From the NCBI RefSeq assembly GCF_964355755.1, contig NC_092670.1, forward strand, positions 2,780,201 to 2,844,200: 64,000 nucleotides of DNA, given 5' to 3'. Numbering within the stretch: the first letter of the stretch is position 1; each line of letters opens with the position of its first letter. The translations under genes and the position numbers were made by a program. The notes under the pieces are model-generated. The model was not told where the DNA came from. It saw nothing but the letters and a program-made list of their open reading frames with translations, and made no database searches. Source of the stretch: Antedon mediterranea. Lineage: Eukaryota > Animalia > Echinodermata. Positions 36,685 through 49,300 of this stretch are shown here, one piece after another.

Positions 36685-38329
36685 CTCACCTGCCGCTGAA
36701 AAAGGGGCCTGGTTTGCCATGTTTATGATATTTCGTGTGCTAATCGAGTCGAATGCAGTTTTAATGATGCACTCTTGGCGTTCCATATCTGTTCGGTTGT
36801 TCGTGTCGACACATTCAGTATCAAATGGCGATATTTCTGTATTTTTTCAATCAATTGCTTGCTTTGCGAGTATTATATAAGGTATGGTTTAAAGATCTTT
36901 GGTTATGTTCGGCTTCGGGATGTTATACCATACTTAGGCCTAGGCTAGGCTAGGCTATTATAGGGGTCGTCGGTTTCGTGTTATGGGTCGTCCAATTCTA
37001 GGTCGTCCAATTCGAGGTCGCCCGGGTCGTTGGGGTCGTCCAATTCGAGGTCGTCGTTTTCTACACACCCTATTGCAGACACATCTGTGAGAAAGGGGCT
37101 TATGTGCAATCCGTTTTTAAACCAGTTAATATACCAAAATATGTTATTAGTAGCTTTATTATTTTGGATTTGGTGCTAGTTTGGTAAATATTGCAATATA
37201 ATTGTAGATTATTTGGTTGTAAAAAAATGTACCCAACTTGTAGTATTATCTAGGCCTAGCCCATTTGACGGAAACCCAGTGCTATTTGTAGGGGGATAGA
37301 GAGGGCCGCAGGCTAGTTTTTAGTGGCATATCGCCGACTTATTATAATCAATGTGAAGCCATATTATTATTATGTTTAAAATGTTGAATCTATATCCACT
37401 GGATTATGGATATATATATCGTCGGATATTTAAAGAAAGGCCTAGGCCTAGACCTTTTGATTTATTTAATTAATTTAGGACTATATTACGGGAAATTCTT
37501 TGCCAAAGAAAAGAAAATACGTTGTGGCTGTTGGAGGTTTGTAAATATTATGACAATAATGTAGCCTAGGCTAGGAAGGACTGTAGGTAGGATGAGGTAA
37601 TTTGGATGGTCGTACATATTATGATATTTATATATACAGTATTGTGTATAGTAGTGATCATGGCGACAACATTTAGGATGACTAAAGTTGACATTAAAAT
37701 TATTTAACTATGAATAGCTCATTATTGGTGTTTTTTTTTTCTTTCAGGTTTCTAAGAATAAACTATCCGACTTGTGATTCATCTTGTGCTGCAAAAACAA
37801 TCCTATTTTGATATTTGTAAATTGATGTACGTAACAGATGTCTTTAAAAATAAAAAAAAAATAAAATTTTTTATTATCGCGATGATTTAACTCAAATATT
37901 GACATATATAACTTGATATTTTAGCCTGAGCAAGATAGTTTGATAGGCATATTTTACTTCGATGTAAATAAGATATTACATGTTATACTGTATGTAAAAT
38001 ACTTTTTTGTAAATAAAATTATTTAATGGTGGTTAATTTATTAACTTGTTAATTTGTTTGTTAGTTATGATGTTATACTATTAATTATTTAGTTAGTAAC
38101 CAAAGTGGAGTGGATTCGTGGCAGTTGCAACTTGACTGTAATATGCATATATATAATAATATTTACTTCTTCTTGGATAAAGTTAAAGCAAAATAAGCAA
38201 TAATAAAAATTAAATATTTATTTTGCCATAAAGAAAGCAAAAACTAAACATACAGTACTATATGTACAGTAATACCATGGACCTATAGGTCCATGGTAAT
38301 ACATACTGTAGTATTGAGCACCAGTAGCA

Positions 38330-38940
38330 GAGACGTCTGGACAATCGAATATAATCGTTATCAGCTGTCTGGGTACCCAAGGCTAGTGCTAGAAAATGGC
38401 GAAAATTCGTGTATTCATTCGCCGTCAGCGAAATGAATCCGGCACTTTTCTCATCAGAAGCAAATCAACAAATCCTTTTATCAGTTTGTTTTGATATATA
38501 ATCTGGATAATATATATTAAAATGGCCTTGGTTTAAGCATGTTTAACAGGTAAAATCAGATTTTTTCCTACCTAGGCCCCTTAGCACTGCGGTACCCTAC
38601 GCCGTGTGGGGGAACCGATCTCGGCAGTATTTCTTAAGTAGCCTATCTTTCGTAAAATCCTTAGTTGAATTTTATTAATATAAATTTAATTGTATGAATA
38701 TGCTATTTAAATGTTATTGAAATTTTTTTTTGCTGCATTTTGTAATTCCGCACTACTTGCTTTATCGCGATTCCAAGATGGCGGCAATTCAAATTTTGAT
38801 TTGGTAATAATTCGCGAGGTCAACCACTTTGCTGCCCGACTGTATAGCAACAAGAAGTGATTACACAAGTGCGGTACGATTCTAGGCCTATCTCCGCTGT
38901 TGTTGCGGCGTGCGATTTCATTGAAGAATAGCGGCGTTTT
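38330..38940. promoter_or_regulatory. CpG-enriched promoter-like region with YY1-type motifs
   Basis: CAAGATGGCGGC at 38774-38785 and AAAATGGCG near 38393; locally high CpG. Confidence 0.35.
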
Positions 38941-40047
38941 GTGTGGATTGTGGAACTAATCAGCCTTTAGTTTATGGTGTTTTTAATATAATTTATTACT
39001 AAAGAATTACGTGTTAAAATTATAGTTTCTATTAATACTATAGGCCTAATTAGTAGTCTCTAAACCCATGTCTATTCTAGTAGTAGCTGTGTGGGTGTGT
39101 GTGACGTGTGTGTGTTAGGTATGACACAATCCGAGTAATAAGTCAGCAAAATTAAACATTAAACATTACACAAAAATACATTTTTTATTCTCGTGGGTCT
39201 AATCTTCCCATCTCATGTGTTCATATACGCGCATTTTTAAAGTTCCTTTGAATTCATGCATATTGTTTGATAATAAAATAGCAGAATTAAAAAAATACTG
39301 TACACAAATTATACACATTCTTTATTCTTGTGGGTCTAAGCTTTTTTTGGGCTATGTCCAATGAATTACTACTTAGTTTAATGTCTTGCCTAGCTGTCGA
39401 TTAGCCTCGACTCGACACATTTTGTGTGAAGAATAGTGCGCGAAGGCAATCATGTGAATTGACTTCAGTTAACAAGGACTCTGTCCATGATAGAATCACT
39501 ACTTAAAGAAAATTGCGAACCAGATGTTTTAAAAACTTACATTATCAAGGCGGAGGAACAGTTCAGAAAAGTTGAGTTAAAACACTCTGAACTGATTGAT
39601 GTAATTGAAGACCAGGGAGAATTTGAAACGGAAGAGAAATGGATGTTAGAATGTGAGATGGATTTCCTTCAAAAGTTGGTATGTGCAAAACAGGAGATTA
39701 CCCTGCGCCACTCACAATCTACAGTCGATGTACCATTTTCAACTCCAACAACTCCTCTTCAAACATCAGCCTCAACGCAGCCTGCTGGTACGGTTGCCTC
39801 GCCGCCTGCATTCAGTTCACCTACACCTCGACCTGCTATGGCAAGGTCAACGCCTACCATGGCAAAGATGAAGTATCCTACATTTAATGGCAACATCCGG
39901 GATTACAAAAGATTTATAGAATTATTTACACATTGTGCAACTAATCTAACTGAGATTGAATGTTTCTACCAGCTAACTGAATCTATGATTAACAGCAAAG
40001 AAAGAAACATGGTTAAAGAAGGATGTATCGATGTGGCTAGAGCTTGG

Positions 40048-40261
40048 TGTAGTGTCTATAGACACGGCGACCGAGAGGTCAAAGGTTGTAGAGCACATAA
40101 AGTGTGTGTGCGGTTTTGTTGTGCTGCGAGCACGCCATATCGATAATAAAGGCACCGTTGTTTGTGTTAAATAGAGTTAACCCGTCTCGTGTTATTACTA
40201 CATTGTTATGACGACTAAGAGAGTAAGTGTATAGGAACTTACAGAGGTAACTAACTTTACA
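40048..40261 (+). repeat. Gypsy 5' LTR
   Basis: Identical to 49798-50011; contains AATAAA. Confidence 0.96.
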
Positions 40262-40286
40262 GTGGCGACGAGTATAAATTTATAGA

Positions 40287-40798
40287 ATGGCTTTTCAGGT
40301 AAGCCCAATTGCCGGTTTTGATACGACGGACAGCCAAGCCCTCGGACAACGTTGGGAAAAATGGCGGAAATCTTTTGAGTTGTACATAGTTGCGAGCAAC
40401 GTCAAAAACAACCAGCAAAAGAAGGCTATATTATTACATACAGCAGGGGAAGGAGTACAGGAGTTATTTGAAACGTTAACAAAGGAAGATGACACTTATG
40501 AAAAAGCAATCGAAGCGCTAAATGCTTATTTTTTGCCGAAGAAAAATGTTGCATTTGAAAGGCATGTTTATCGACAAGCTGTGCAGGAGAACGGGGAAAC
40601 GATGGACAGTTTTGCTACACGCCTGAAGAAATTGATAAAAACATGTGAGTACGAAACTGAACTAGAAAAAGATATGATAAGAGATCAAATAATTGAAAAG
40701 TGTAGATCAAAGAAGTTGAGAATTAGATTGCTTAGAGAGGAAAAATTAACATTAGACAAAGCGTTAGAAATAGCACGGGCACATGAGCTAGCGGACAC
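40287..40798 (+). CDS. gag: Gypsy gag N-terminal part, cut by the P-type insertion
   Basis: WEKWRKSFELY...LLHTAG...FERHVYRQAVQENGET...IRDQII...LTLDKALEIARAHE. Confidence 0.9.
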
Positions 40799-41926
40799 CT
40801 GAGACAACAATCAAAGAGATTGGAAACGCTTGTCGGTTCCCTTTGATCTACTTATTTCGTCTTAGTAGTTTCATTGTTATGTAAATTAAGTGTGCGCTCG
40901 AGAAAAATCCACTCGACGGAGATCGCACGCGATCGCTTCGCAATATACGAGATAGTAACAGTTTACCAGATTTCCTTCAGCAAATTACGCTTAATTTGAA
41001 CTTCAAATTATATTTTTAGGATATTAAAAGGTAAGAGTTTTAAATAATGTTTGGTATTTAACTGTTTTTAAAAAGAAAAATTAATCTTGTTTTAGTAGAA
41101 CTTGGTCTGCAAAGTAGGGTAGTTCTAGACTCGTAGACAACCGTAGATGGACTACCCCATCTAGACTGGGTTAGTGTGTCGTTGTCGGAACGGCTACTTA
41201 AAACACCAGTTTTTGAGAGCATTGCAATTTTACTAAAAGACACTCTTGTGTAATTAATGAGTTTTATTATGATAGAATAACTATTTTTCTGTGGTATGAT
41301 GTACAATTTATTAGGAAAAAGTAATGTTTAATATGTAATTAAGTATGATGATTTTACTGGTTTTTTAAAGTTTTCGCTAAATACGCTAAATACACAATCG
41401 TAATTGTGTCACATTTGGAACAAAAAAATCTTTATCTTATTTATGATATTGTATCACTTACTTACCTTTTAATGATAGTTAAATATATAAATGTTGGTAT
41501 GCGTGTATTTTTTAATCATTTGAAATTTGTATTTATTCAATATCATTTTCCTTAGCGTAGGCCCAATGTCATCGCATGGCCTTATTTAGCCAGGGCTAGT
41601 CACAGGGATTCATAATGCATTCATTAGCGTAATTTCGCCTAAATTAAGTCTAGGCTAGGCTAGCTTTTACCTTGTCAAATCAAATTGATCCTATTTCCAA
41701 ACTTGTTTTTACTGCTCTATTTGGTGTGCAGTAGTATGGAATGGTAGTTGGGTGGGGTCAAACAAAATTGGTTGGGGAAGTGAGGGGGAGGGGGTGAGGG
41801 TGAGGGGGATTATTATATTGCTTAGTGGGGCTTTAGTGTTTCTTGCCTAGAAGTAAGTGCCTGAAATGCATGTACAGAAACCAGTGCAAACCAATGATCA
41901 ATGTTTTCTTTTATTTATAACAGATC

Positions 41927-44564
41927 ATGACAAGAAAAAAAAGAAAAGCATTAATTGGTAGACGATACAAATATTGTGTTAATGGTCTTCCATCTCAACG
42001 AAAACCACTCACTCGTCAGCCAATTGAGCAAGTTAAGCATTGTGACTTCACTGGAAATTTTGCAAATTGTGATTGTGTTGTTCATAGTGTACACAATGAA
42101 CCACTGCTTGAAGTAAGTACATAGGTTGTGTAAAAAGATTGTATAAAGTATTTAATCATTATAGTGTGGTTATAAATGAGTGTTTCTGTGTGTATTGCAG
42201 GAACATAAGGAACCAATTGAGAGTTATTTAGTACTTGGATCTTCATTGACAAAACTTGAGACAGAAGATAACATCAATTATGTGACATACCAGCAGTTGC
42301 GATTTGATTGCACAAGGAAACAAGAAAAGCTGAATAACATTGGTTTTGAAGTCATTAAGGCAACTAGTGATCTGACACTCATTCAGTTCTATGAGAAACG
42401 TTTTTTTTCTGTTAAGATGGCAGTTACCATTGACAAAAACTTTAATATAACCGTAATCGTTCATAACAAGCGCTTACCTGATAATCATACAATATTTGAA
42501 AGTATACGGAAGGTGCATGTGTTTAATCATTTATTCATGTTTTTAAAATTCTTGTTTGATAAATATACTGTGTGCATAGGAAATCCTGACTTAACTGCAT
42601 TGCAGGAAAACAAGTATGTGGAACATGATTGTGGAGCAGAATACACACAAACAATCCGAACTGATCGCTGCTTCCTTTTAACTACTTTAACAAACAGGTG
42701 CCCCCATTGTGCAACATACAGACGATCATTGCGAAAATCTATGAAACACAATCAGTCATTTGAAGTATTATTGTCATCTAAAAGGCCTAATTCCAGTTTG
42801 ACTAAAAATGATTTATTAATTAAAAGTAAGATGCTAAAAAAACAATGTCAAAGTGTTGAAAGAAAAAAAAAGCAAATATTAATTAATCAGGAAATTAATC
42901 AAAAATATAAGAACAATGAACTGACAGATGATTCTAATGGTGACCTAGAAACTATTATTCAAGAAGGAGAAAATGCTTTCAACAATTTGTTTCGAGATCC
43001 TGATTCATTTCAAAGAATATTTTGGGAAGAACAATTAAAATTCAACAAGTTAAAAGAGAAAAGACAGATGAGGTGGCATCCTATTATTGTGAAATGGGCT
43101 TTGTACTTGAAATCTAAATCTTCAACTGCATATCAAGCACTGAGAGAAACTGGTTTTATAAGTTTACCAAGTGAAAGAACATTATATGATTATAGCCACG
43201 TCATTGATAGTAAATTAGGTTACCAGAAAGAAGTTTTAGAAATGCTACACGAGGAGGCTAAAAGAAAAGGACTCTTTACTGAAGAATGGCGATCATATGT
43301 TGGAATTTTACAGGATGAAATTAAAATAAAAGAAGACTTGGTATATTCTGCCTCCACTAATGAATTGATTGGATTTACAAATTTAGATAACATTAGCAAT
43401 GAGATTCACAAAATTGAAAATAAGAAAAATGAAATCACCAATGAGATGGCAAAAAGTGCATTAGTTATTATGGTACGAGGGGCAACAAGTAACTTAAAAT
43501 TTCCATTGGCAGTTTTTGCAACAAATGGACTACGTTCTGAAGATCTCCACACAATTTTATGGAGAGCCATTGAACTACTTGAAATAGATGTTGGACTGAA
43601 AGTTTTGTATCTTACATGTGATGGTGCTAGCCAGAATAGATCATTTTTTGATTCTCATGGGCTTAAAAACAAGTTTAGTTGTACAAATCCTTTTGCTCCA
43701 AATCGGAATCTATATTTTATTTCAGATGTCCCTCATCTGCTAAAAACAGCTAGAAATTGTTTTTCAAATTCTGGTAGTCACAAAAAATCAAGAAATCTGT
43801 GGAAAGGTGGACAGAACATTTCATGGATGAGTTTAGTTCAACTGTTTGAAGAACACACAGAAGGAAAATTGTATAAAAAAACAAAACTAACAAGAGCACA
43901 TATTGACCTCACCCCTTTCAGTGTGATGAAAGTCAATTTAGCTGCTCAAGTTTTCAGTAACAGAGTTGCACAGCACATGAAAGAAGTATATGGTGACAGT
44001 GCAAGAGAAACAATCACCTTCATAACTCACATGAATCGCTTTTTTGACTGCTTAAATACAAGAAACAATAACGCTGGTAAGTTATCCAGAAACACAGACT
44101 TAAATCCATACAAAGACATCCATGATCCAAGACTTTCATATTTAGAGACAGAGTTTTTAGGATACCTTGAGCAATGGGAAAATGATGTAAAAGAACGAGT
44201 AGGAAAATTTGCTGATGCAGAAAGAAAGCGTATGTTACTAAGTCAGCAAACCATACATGGCTTTCATATCACCATTAATTCTATTGTAGCATGTGTTCGT
44301 TATTTGTTGGGAAAAGGAGCCAAATTTGTAAATACGTGTGTGTTTAATCAAGATGTACTCGAACAGCACTTTGGACATTATAGACACAAACAGGGAGCAG
44401 GTGACAATCCAACAATTGATAATGTTCGACATACATTAAATACACTTAGGGTTGTTGGGTCAGCAGCAGTTGCACCCATAAGAGGCAACACTAAGCGAAT
44501 TATGTCTGAATTGGACAAAGAAAATTTAAACATTCCACTTAAACGCAGAGTAAAAAAGTCTTAA
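41927..44564 (+). CDS. P-element/THAP9-family transposase catalytic core (exons 41927-42112 + 42201-44564, about 849 aa)
   Basis: RWHPIIVKWAL...AY..LR...LPSERTL; catalytic D (QDEIKIK), D (TCDGASQN), DVPHLLK.ARN, MKVNLAAQVFS, E (NQDVLEQHFG); phase-0 GT-AG intron 42113-42200. Confidence 0.92.
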
Positions 44565-44663
44565 TAGCATTTTATAATAGTAAATTTGACTTTTTTTTTA
44601 TTTTGCACAAAACATTTACAGTACTCCAGTTAATAAATTACAGCGTATAGCTTATTTTTCATT

Positions 44664-46181
44664 TTACTTGTTTAATTCTTTTAGTTCTTTTCTTAATGCT
44701 TTTTTAGTTCCGGCAGCAAGTTTTTGTTGCTTTCGTTTTTTTTGCATTTTGCTTTTAAGTTGTTCAGTTAAAGCAAACCCTCTAATTTTTAAAAATAACT
44801 CAACAACATTGTCCAACACTATCCATTTCTGTGTATTTGGTGAGGTTATAAGGTTACACCATATATGTGTTACCAGTTTATACTTTAGTATTGTAGACTT
44901 TATGTTAATTAAAGAATCATGTTGTAAACTTTCACTGTTCATTAACTCCCTAATCCAACGCTCAATTAAAATAATTAAATTAAGAAATTTTGTTGAGGGG
45001 TAAATCAAACCGCCTCTGTCCAAACTTTGTGTCCATGAACATCTACTGTCTACACCATTATCAGTGGTCAGATTGCTAAGCATCTCTCTTTCAACTGGCT
45101 TGTTCATGTACCTTTTTTTCAATTTTCTTATAATAGAACCTGTAATATGATGGATGATTTGCTTGTCTGCTGTAGTTACTAACTCTATTTCCATATTATA
45201 TCTTACTTCAATTTTTTCATTTTGTCGTTTAAAAAATGATGTAGTTATGCAGGTCAAAAATCTTTGAACAAAAGCCTCCTTTTCAGTTTCTGTATTATTA
45301 ATATTAGTAATTATCTTATTCAAAAAATCATGAATAAACTTTCTGTTTATCCTCAGCTGGAAAACAGCTTTTAGGATATCTGCAGCTGTGGGCTGCAGCA
45401 GACTATCCATAATCTCTTCCGATAAAAACATATTTATTTCAGATTGATTCTCTAATATTGATTTTGCAATTGAGATCACACCTAAACCACACTTGGACCA
45501 TGATGCATGGTGAATGTCATCGGTTACTAATATGTTCAGTGCATCTGTCACCATGTGTGGCAAATCTTCATTAATTTCCTTGGCAGTGGTAAGTGGTAAA
45601 GGACTAGGCCTACAGGCTGTTGATTTTGTTGCCATAACTGAAAAAAAAAAACCTAATTGACGAGCTTTCTTATTTATTTATATCGTATATTGCTCTTTAA
45701 TTTACCCTGATTTAAAATTATTAACATTATGTGACATAGCCTAATAATTATAGGCATACACTTAAGAATGAATGAATGCCTTATTGAACCTAACCTCTAG
45801 GCCTACTATACTACTACACCTATAGGCTAGGGCCTTGGCCTAGTATTTATTAATAATTAGCCTAGGCCTATATAGGGGCCTAATAAATAATTAATAATAA
45901 ATATGCTGGCCTGGCTAAATGAATAGGCCTACTGCTGCTGTAGGCCTATTATATGTAGGCTAATATTTGATAATTATCCCAAAGAAATCTTTTTTTTTCA
46001 ATTAATTCTTGTAGTGTTGTACTCTGGTGTTAATAATCATTTTTACAGAAAAAATTAATACCTAATTTAACATTTTTAAACAACATAAATAATGTTTATA
46101 AACACCTATAGTCTTACCGTATATTTCGTTGTTTATCTCCTGCTCGCGAGGTTTAAAAACCCCTCCAAAAACTTTTTTCAT
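44664..46181 (-). CDS. Second transposon gene resembling the P-transposase C-terminal domain (exons 46118-46181 + 44664-45637, 345 aa; or 323 aa from the ATG at 45635)
   Basis: HHITGSIIRKL, DRGGLIYPSTKF, LFLKIR and a basic tail parallel the P-transposase C-terminus; strong poly-T-CAG acceptor and GTAAG donor join an upstream ATG in frame. Confidence 0.75.
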
Positions 46182-46356
46182 GGATCACTGATTTTGATAA
46201 ACAGTTAATCTGCGCTTGCGCGAATTCGCTGATTGGCCGGTGACTTAGCTAATTTGCATAACAAAGAGGTATACTACACTGAACCTGGCGGCAAGTGCCA
46301 CACAAAGGGAAATCGCTAGCGTTTCCAATCTCTTTGATTGTTGTCTCAGCGGACAC

Positions 46357-49300
46357 GCAGGCCCATCAAATGGAAGCTTCGAGATTACAGACCACGCAAC
46401 AACAACAAGGTAGCGTCGAAGGCGCGTACGCGATGAGTCAAAACAACCGCCGCGAAGCAAGTCGCGATGGTCACCGAAAAAAGTGGGCGGAGTCTAAGAA
46501 AAGTTACAGTAGTGCTTCGAGCTCGAGTGGAGGAGATAAGACGTGTTATCGTTGTGGCAAACCAGGTCACATAGCTAAAGCTTGTAGTGTTGTGAATAAC
46601 AAGAAATGTCATAATTGCGGAAAATCTGGACATTTTGCGGTAGTGTGCCAGTCAAAAAAACCAAGTAATCACTCAAGAAAGTCTAAACCAAGAAAAGTGT
46701 ATCAAACCACGACGAACAGTAGTTCTGATAGTGATACTGATAACTCTGAGACTTTATTTGTTATAAAAACAAAAGATACTAAACCATTGTGTACTGTAAA
46801 TGTTAACGGTAAAGATGTAAGGTGTTTGATTGATTCAGGAGCCAGTGTAAATATTATTAATTATGGTATTGCTAGAGAATTAAATATAAAGATTAGGCCT
46901 AGCAAGATGAAAGTGTATACTTATGGATCAAAAGAACCATTAAGAGTAAAAGGAGAGTTTGATGCCTATGTGCATTATGGGAAAAAAGGTATAAATACAA
47001 CATTTGTGGTAATTGATAATAAGGAATGTTGTACAATCCTTGGGTATAGAGGTGCAAGTGATCTTAACATATTAAAGATAGATATGTTGTGTAATGTCCA
47101 AGTCAATGACAAAAATGATCAGTTATTTAACGAATACAAGGATGTCTTTACCGGAGTTGGTAAATTAAAGAATTATGAATTAAAGATACATATTGATGAT
47201 AAGGTACAGCCCATAGTTCAACCACAAAGAAGAATTCCTTTTAACTTAAGAAATGCAGTAGAAAGAAAGTTAAATGAGTTGTTAGATCATGACATTATAG
47301 AGCCGGTACAGGGTCCCACATCGTGGATATCACCACCAGTTTTTGTACCTAAGAAAAATAGTGATGATTTGAGAATGTGTATAGATATGCGTAGGGCAAA
47401 TGAGGCCATAATGAGGGTTAGATATCCCATACCGACGATTGAAGAAGTTTTACATGACATGAATGGAGCCACACTATTCTCGAAAATAGATCTTAAATGG
47501 GGGTTCCACCAAATTGAACTGGATGATAAGTCACGTGACATAACTACATTCATAACACATTGTGGGTTATTTAGGTTTAAACGTCTCATGTTCGGTATTA
47601 CAAGTGCCCCTGAAATGTTCCAGCATATCATGGAACAAGTACTGGCAAAATGTAAAGGGGTAAAGGTAATTGCCGATGACATAGTGGTGTATGGTTGTAA
47701 TCAGAAAGAGCATGACGTAAATTTAAAGAATGTATTAAATACATTAAGAGAAAGAGGGTTAACGGCAAACTTGGACAAATGCAAGTTTGGTCTAGATAAG
47801 TTAGATTATATGGGAAATGTATTGTCCAAAGATGGATTAGAGGTGTCTAAACAAAAAGTAGTTGCTGTGAAAGAAGCAAAGGTTCCGACAAATGTTGCGG
47901 AAGTTAGAAGTTTCTTAGGTTTGGTCGGGTATTGTGGAAGATATATAAATAATCTTTCAACAAGGGAAGAACCATTACGAAGATTAACACGGGCAAAACA
48001 ACCCTGGGTCTGGGGTAAAGAACAAAATGATTCTTTAAATGACCTGAAGAATGCACTTACAAGTGCAGAAGTAATGGCATATTACAATAACAAGGCTAAA
48101 ACACAAGTTATAACTGATGCTAGCCCAGTTGGGGTAGGGGCAATTCTAGTACAAAAACAGGATGATGGCATGTTTAAGCCTGTGTTGTATGCCAGTAGAT
48201 CGCTAACTGATGTCGAACGGAGGTATTCCCAAACAGAAAAAGAAGCCCTGGGGATAGTTTGGGCATGTGAGAGGTTCCATTTGTATCTGTACGGAATTAA
48301 GTTTGATTTAATTACAGATCATAAACCGTTAGAGGTTATTTACTCAGCACGATCGAAACCATCAGCGAGAATAGAACGCTGGGTTTTAAGATTACAACGG
48401 TATACTTTTAGTGTTATCTATAGACCAGGAAGGTTAAATGCTGCTGATGCCCTCTCAAGATTGCCACTTGTAGTAGAGTCTAAGAGAAATGTAGCTGAAG
48501 AGTATATATATTTTGTTGCAAAGAGTGCAACACCAATGGCCTTAACCACTAAAGAAATAGAACAAGTTTCAATGAAAGACGAAACAATGATATGCTTAAG
48601 GGAAGCAATCACTAATAATAATTGGTCAAATCCAAAAGTAGAAAGCTTCAAACATGTAAGAACGGAGCTAGCAGTAATAGGGAAGTTGATTTTAAGGCAA
48701 CATAGAATTGTAGTGCCAGAAGAGTTAAGGAAACAAGTATTGAATTTGGCACATGAAGGACACCAAGGCATAGTAAAATGTAAATCTAGATTAAGGACAA
48801 AGGTTTGGTGGCCTGGAATCGATAGAGAAATTGAGAATTATGTAAAAGTGTGTCAGGCTTGTCAGGTAGTCGATAGACAAAGTAGACCTGAACCAATGAA
48901 ACCAACCGATCTGCCACAAAAGCCATGGCAGCATATTGGTATTGATTTGTGTGGTCCGTTTCCTGGAGGGGAAAGCTTATTAGTAGCAGTGGACTATTAT
49001 TCTAGATGGTTTGAGGTAGGTGTACTACACTCAACCACAGCAGGGAAAGTGATCGAGACCTTAGATAATTGGTTCACAACTCACGGATTACCAGAGATGA
49101 TCGTGAGCGATAATGGTCCTCAGTTTAGAGGTGATGAGTTTAAGAGGTTCGTAAATGAGAACGGAATTTCTCACAGAAAAACTACACCTTATTCTCCTCA
49201 AGCAAACGGAGAAGTTGAAAGGCAGAATAAAACACTCCTAAAAGCTATTAGAGCAATGTCTGCCGAAGGGAAAGTGTGGAAGAGAGAGATTAATAAGTTT

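Larger units (their letters stand above)
35258..37070. mobile_element. Non-autonomous Mutator-like element with TIRs over 300 bp
   Basis: GGGTGTGTAGAAA...TTTCTACACACCC; exact 10-bp TSD TATTGCAGAC at 35248-35257 and 37071-37080. Confidence 0.85.
34505..37100. mobile_element. PIF/Harbinger-like MITE, host of nested insertions
   Basis: TIR AGCCCCTTTCTCACAGA / TCTGTGAGAAAGGGGCT; internal TGTGAGAA subrepeats; TSD degenerate. Confidence 0.65.
40799..46349 (+). mobile_element. Autonomous-looking P-superfamily DNA transposon with two convergent genes
   Basis: Perfect 32-bp TIR CTGAGACAACAATCAAAGAGATTGGAAACGCT; 7-bp TSD CGGACAC at 40792-40798 and 46350-46356. Confidence 0.93.

Noticed and set aside
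40048-40146. C-terminal tail of the 219-aa ORF
   Set aside because: Read-through into the Gypsy LTR; the gag continues at 50017.
42180-42200. Start of the 794-aa ORF
   Set aside because: Lies in an intron acceptor (TTGCAG); the upstream ATG exon at 41927 splices in frame.
44664-45635. Harbinger-type Myb/SANT partner or captured host gene
   Set aside because: No Trp-spaced Myb/SANT pattern; motifs match the P-transposase C-terminus, and the partner transposase and 7-bp TSD are P-type.
46295-46356. N-terminus of the 1143-aa ORF as a true start
   Set aside because: These codons are the P-element right TIR and TSD; the real start is gag at 40287.
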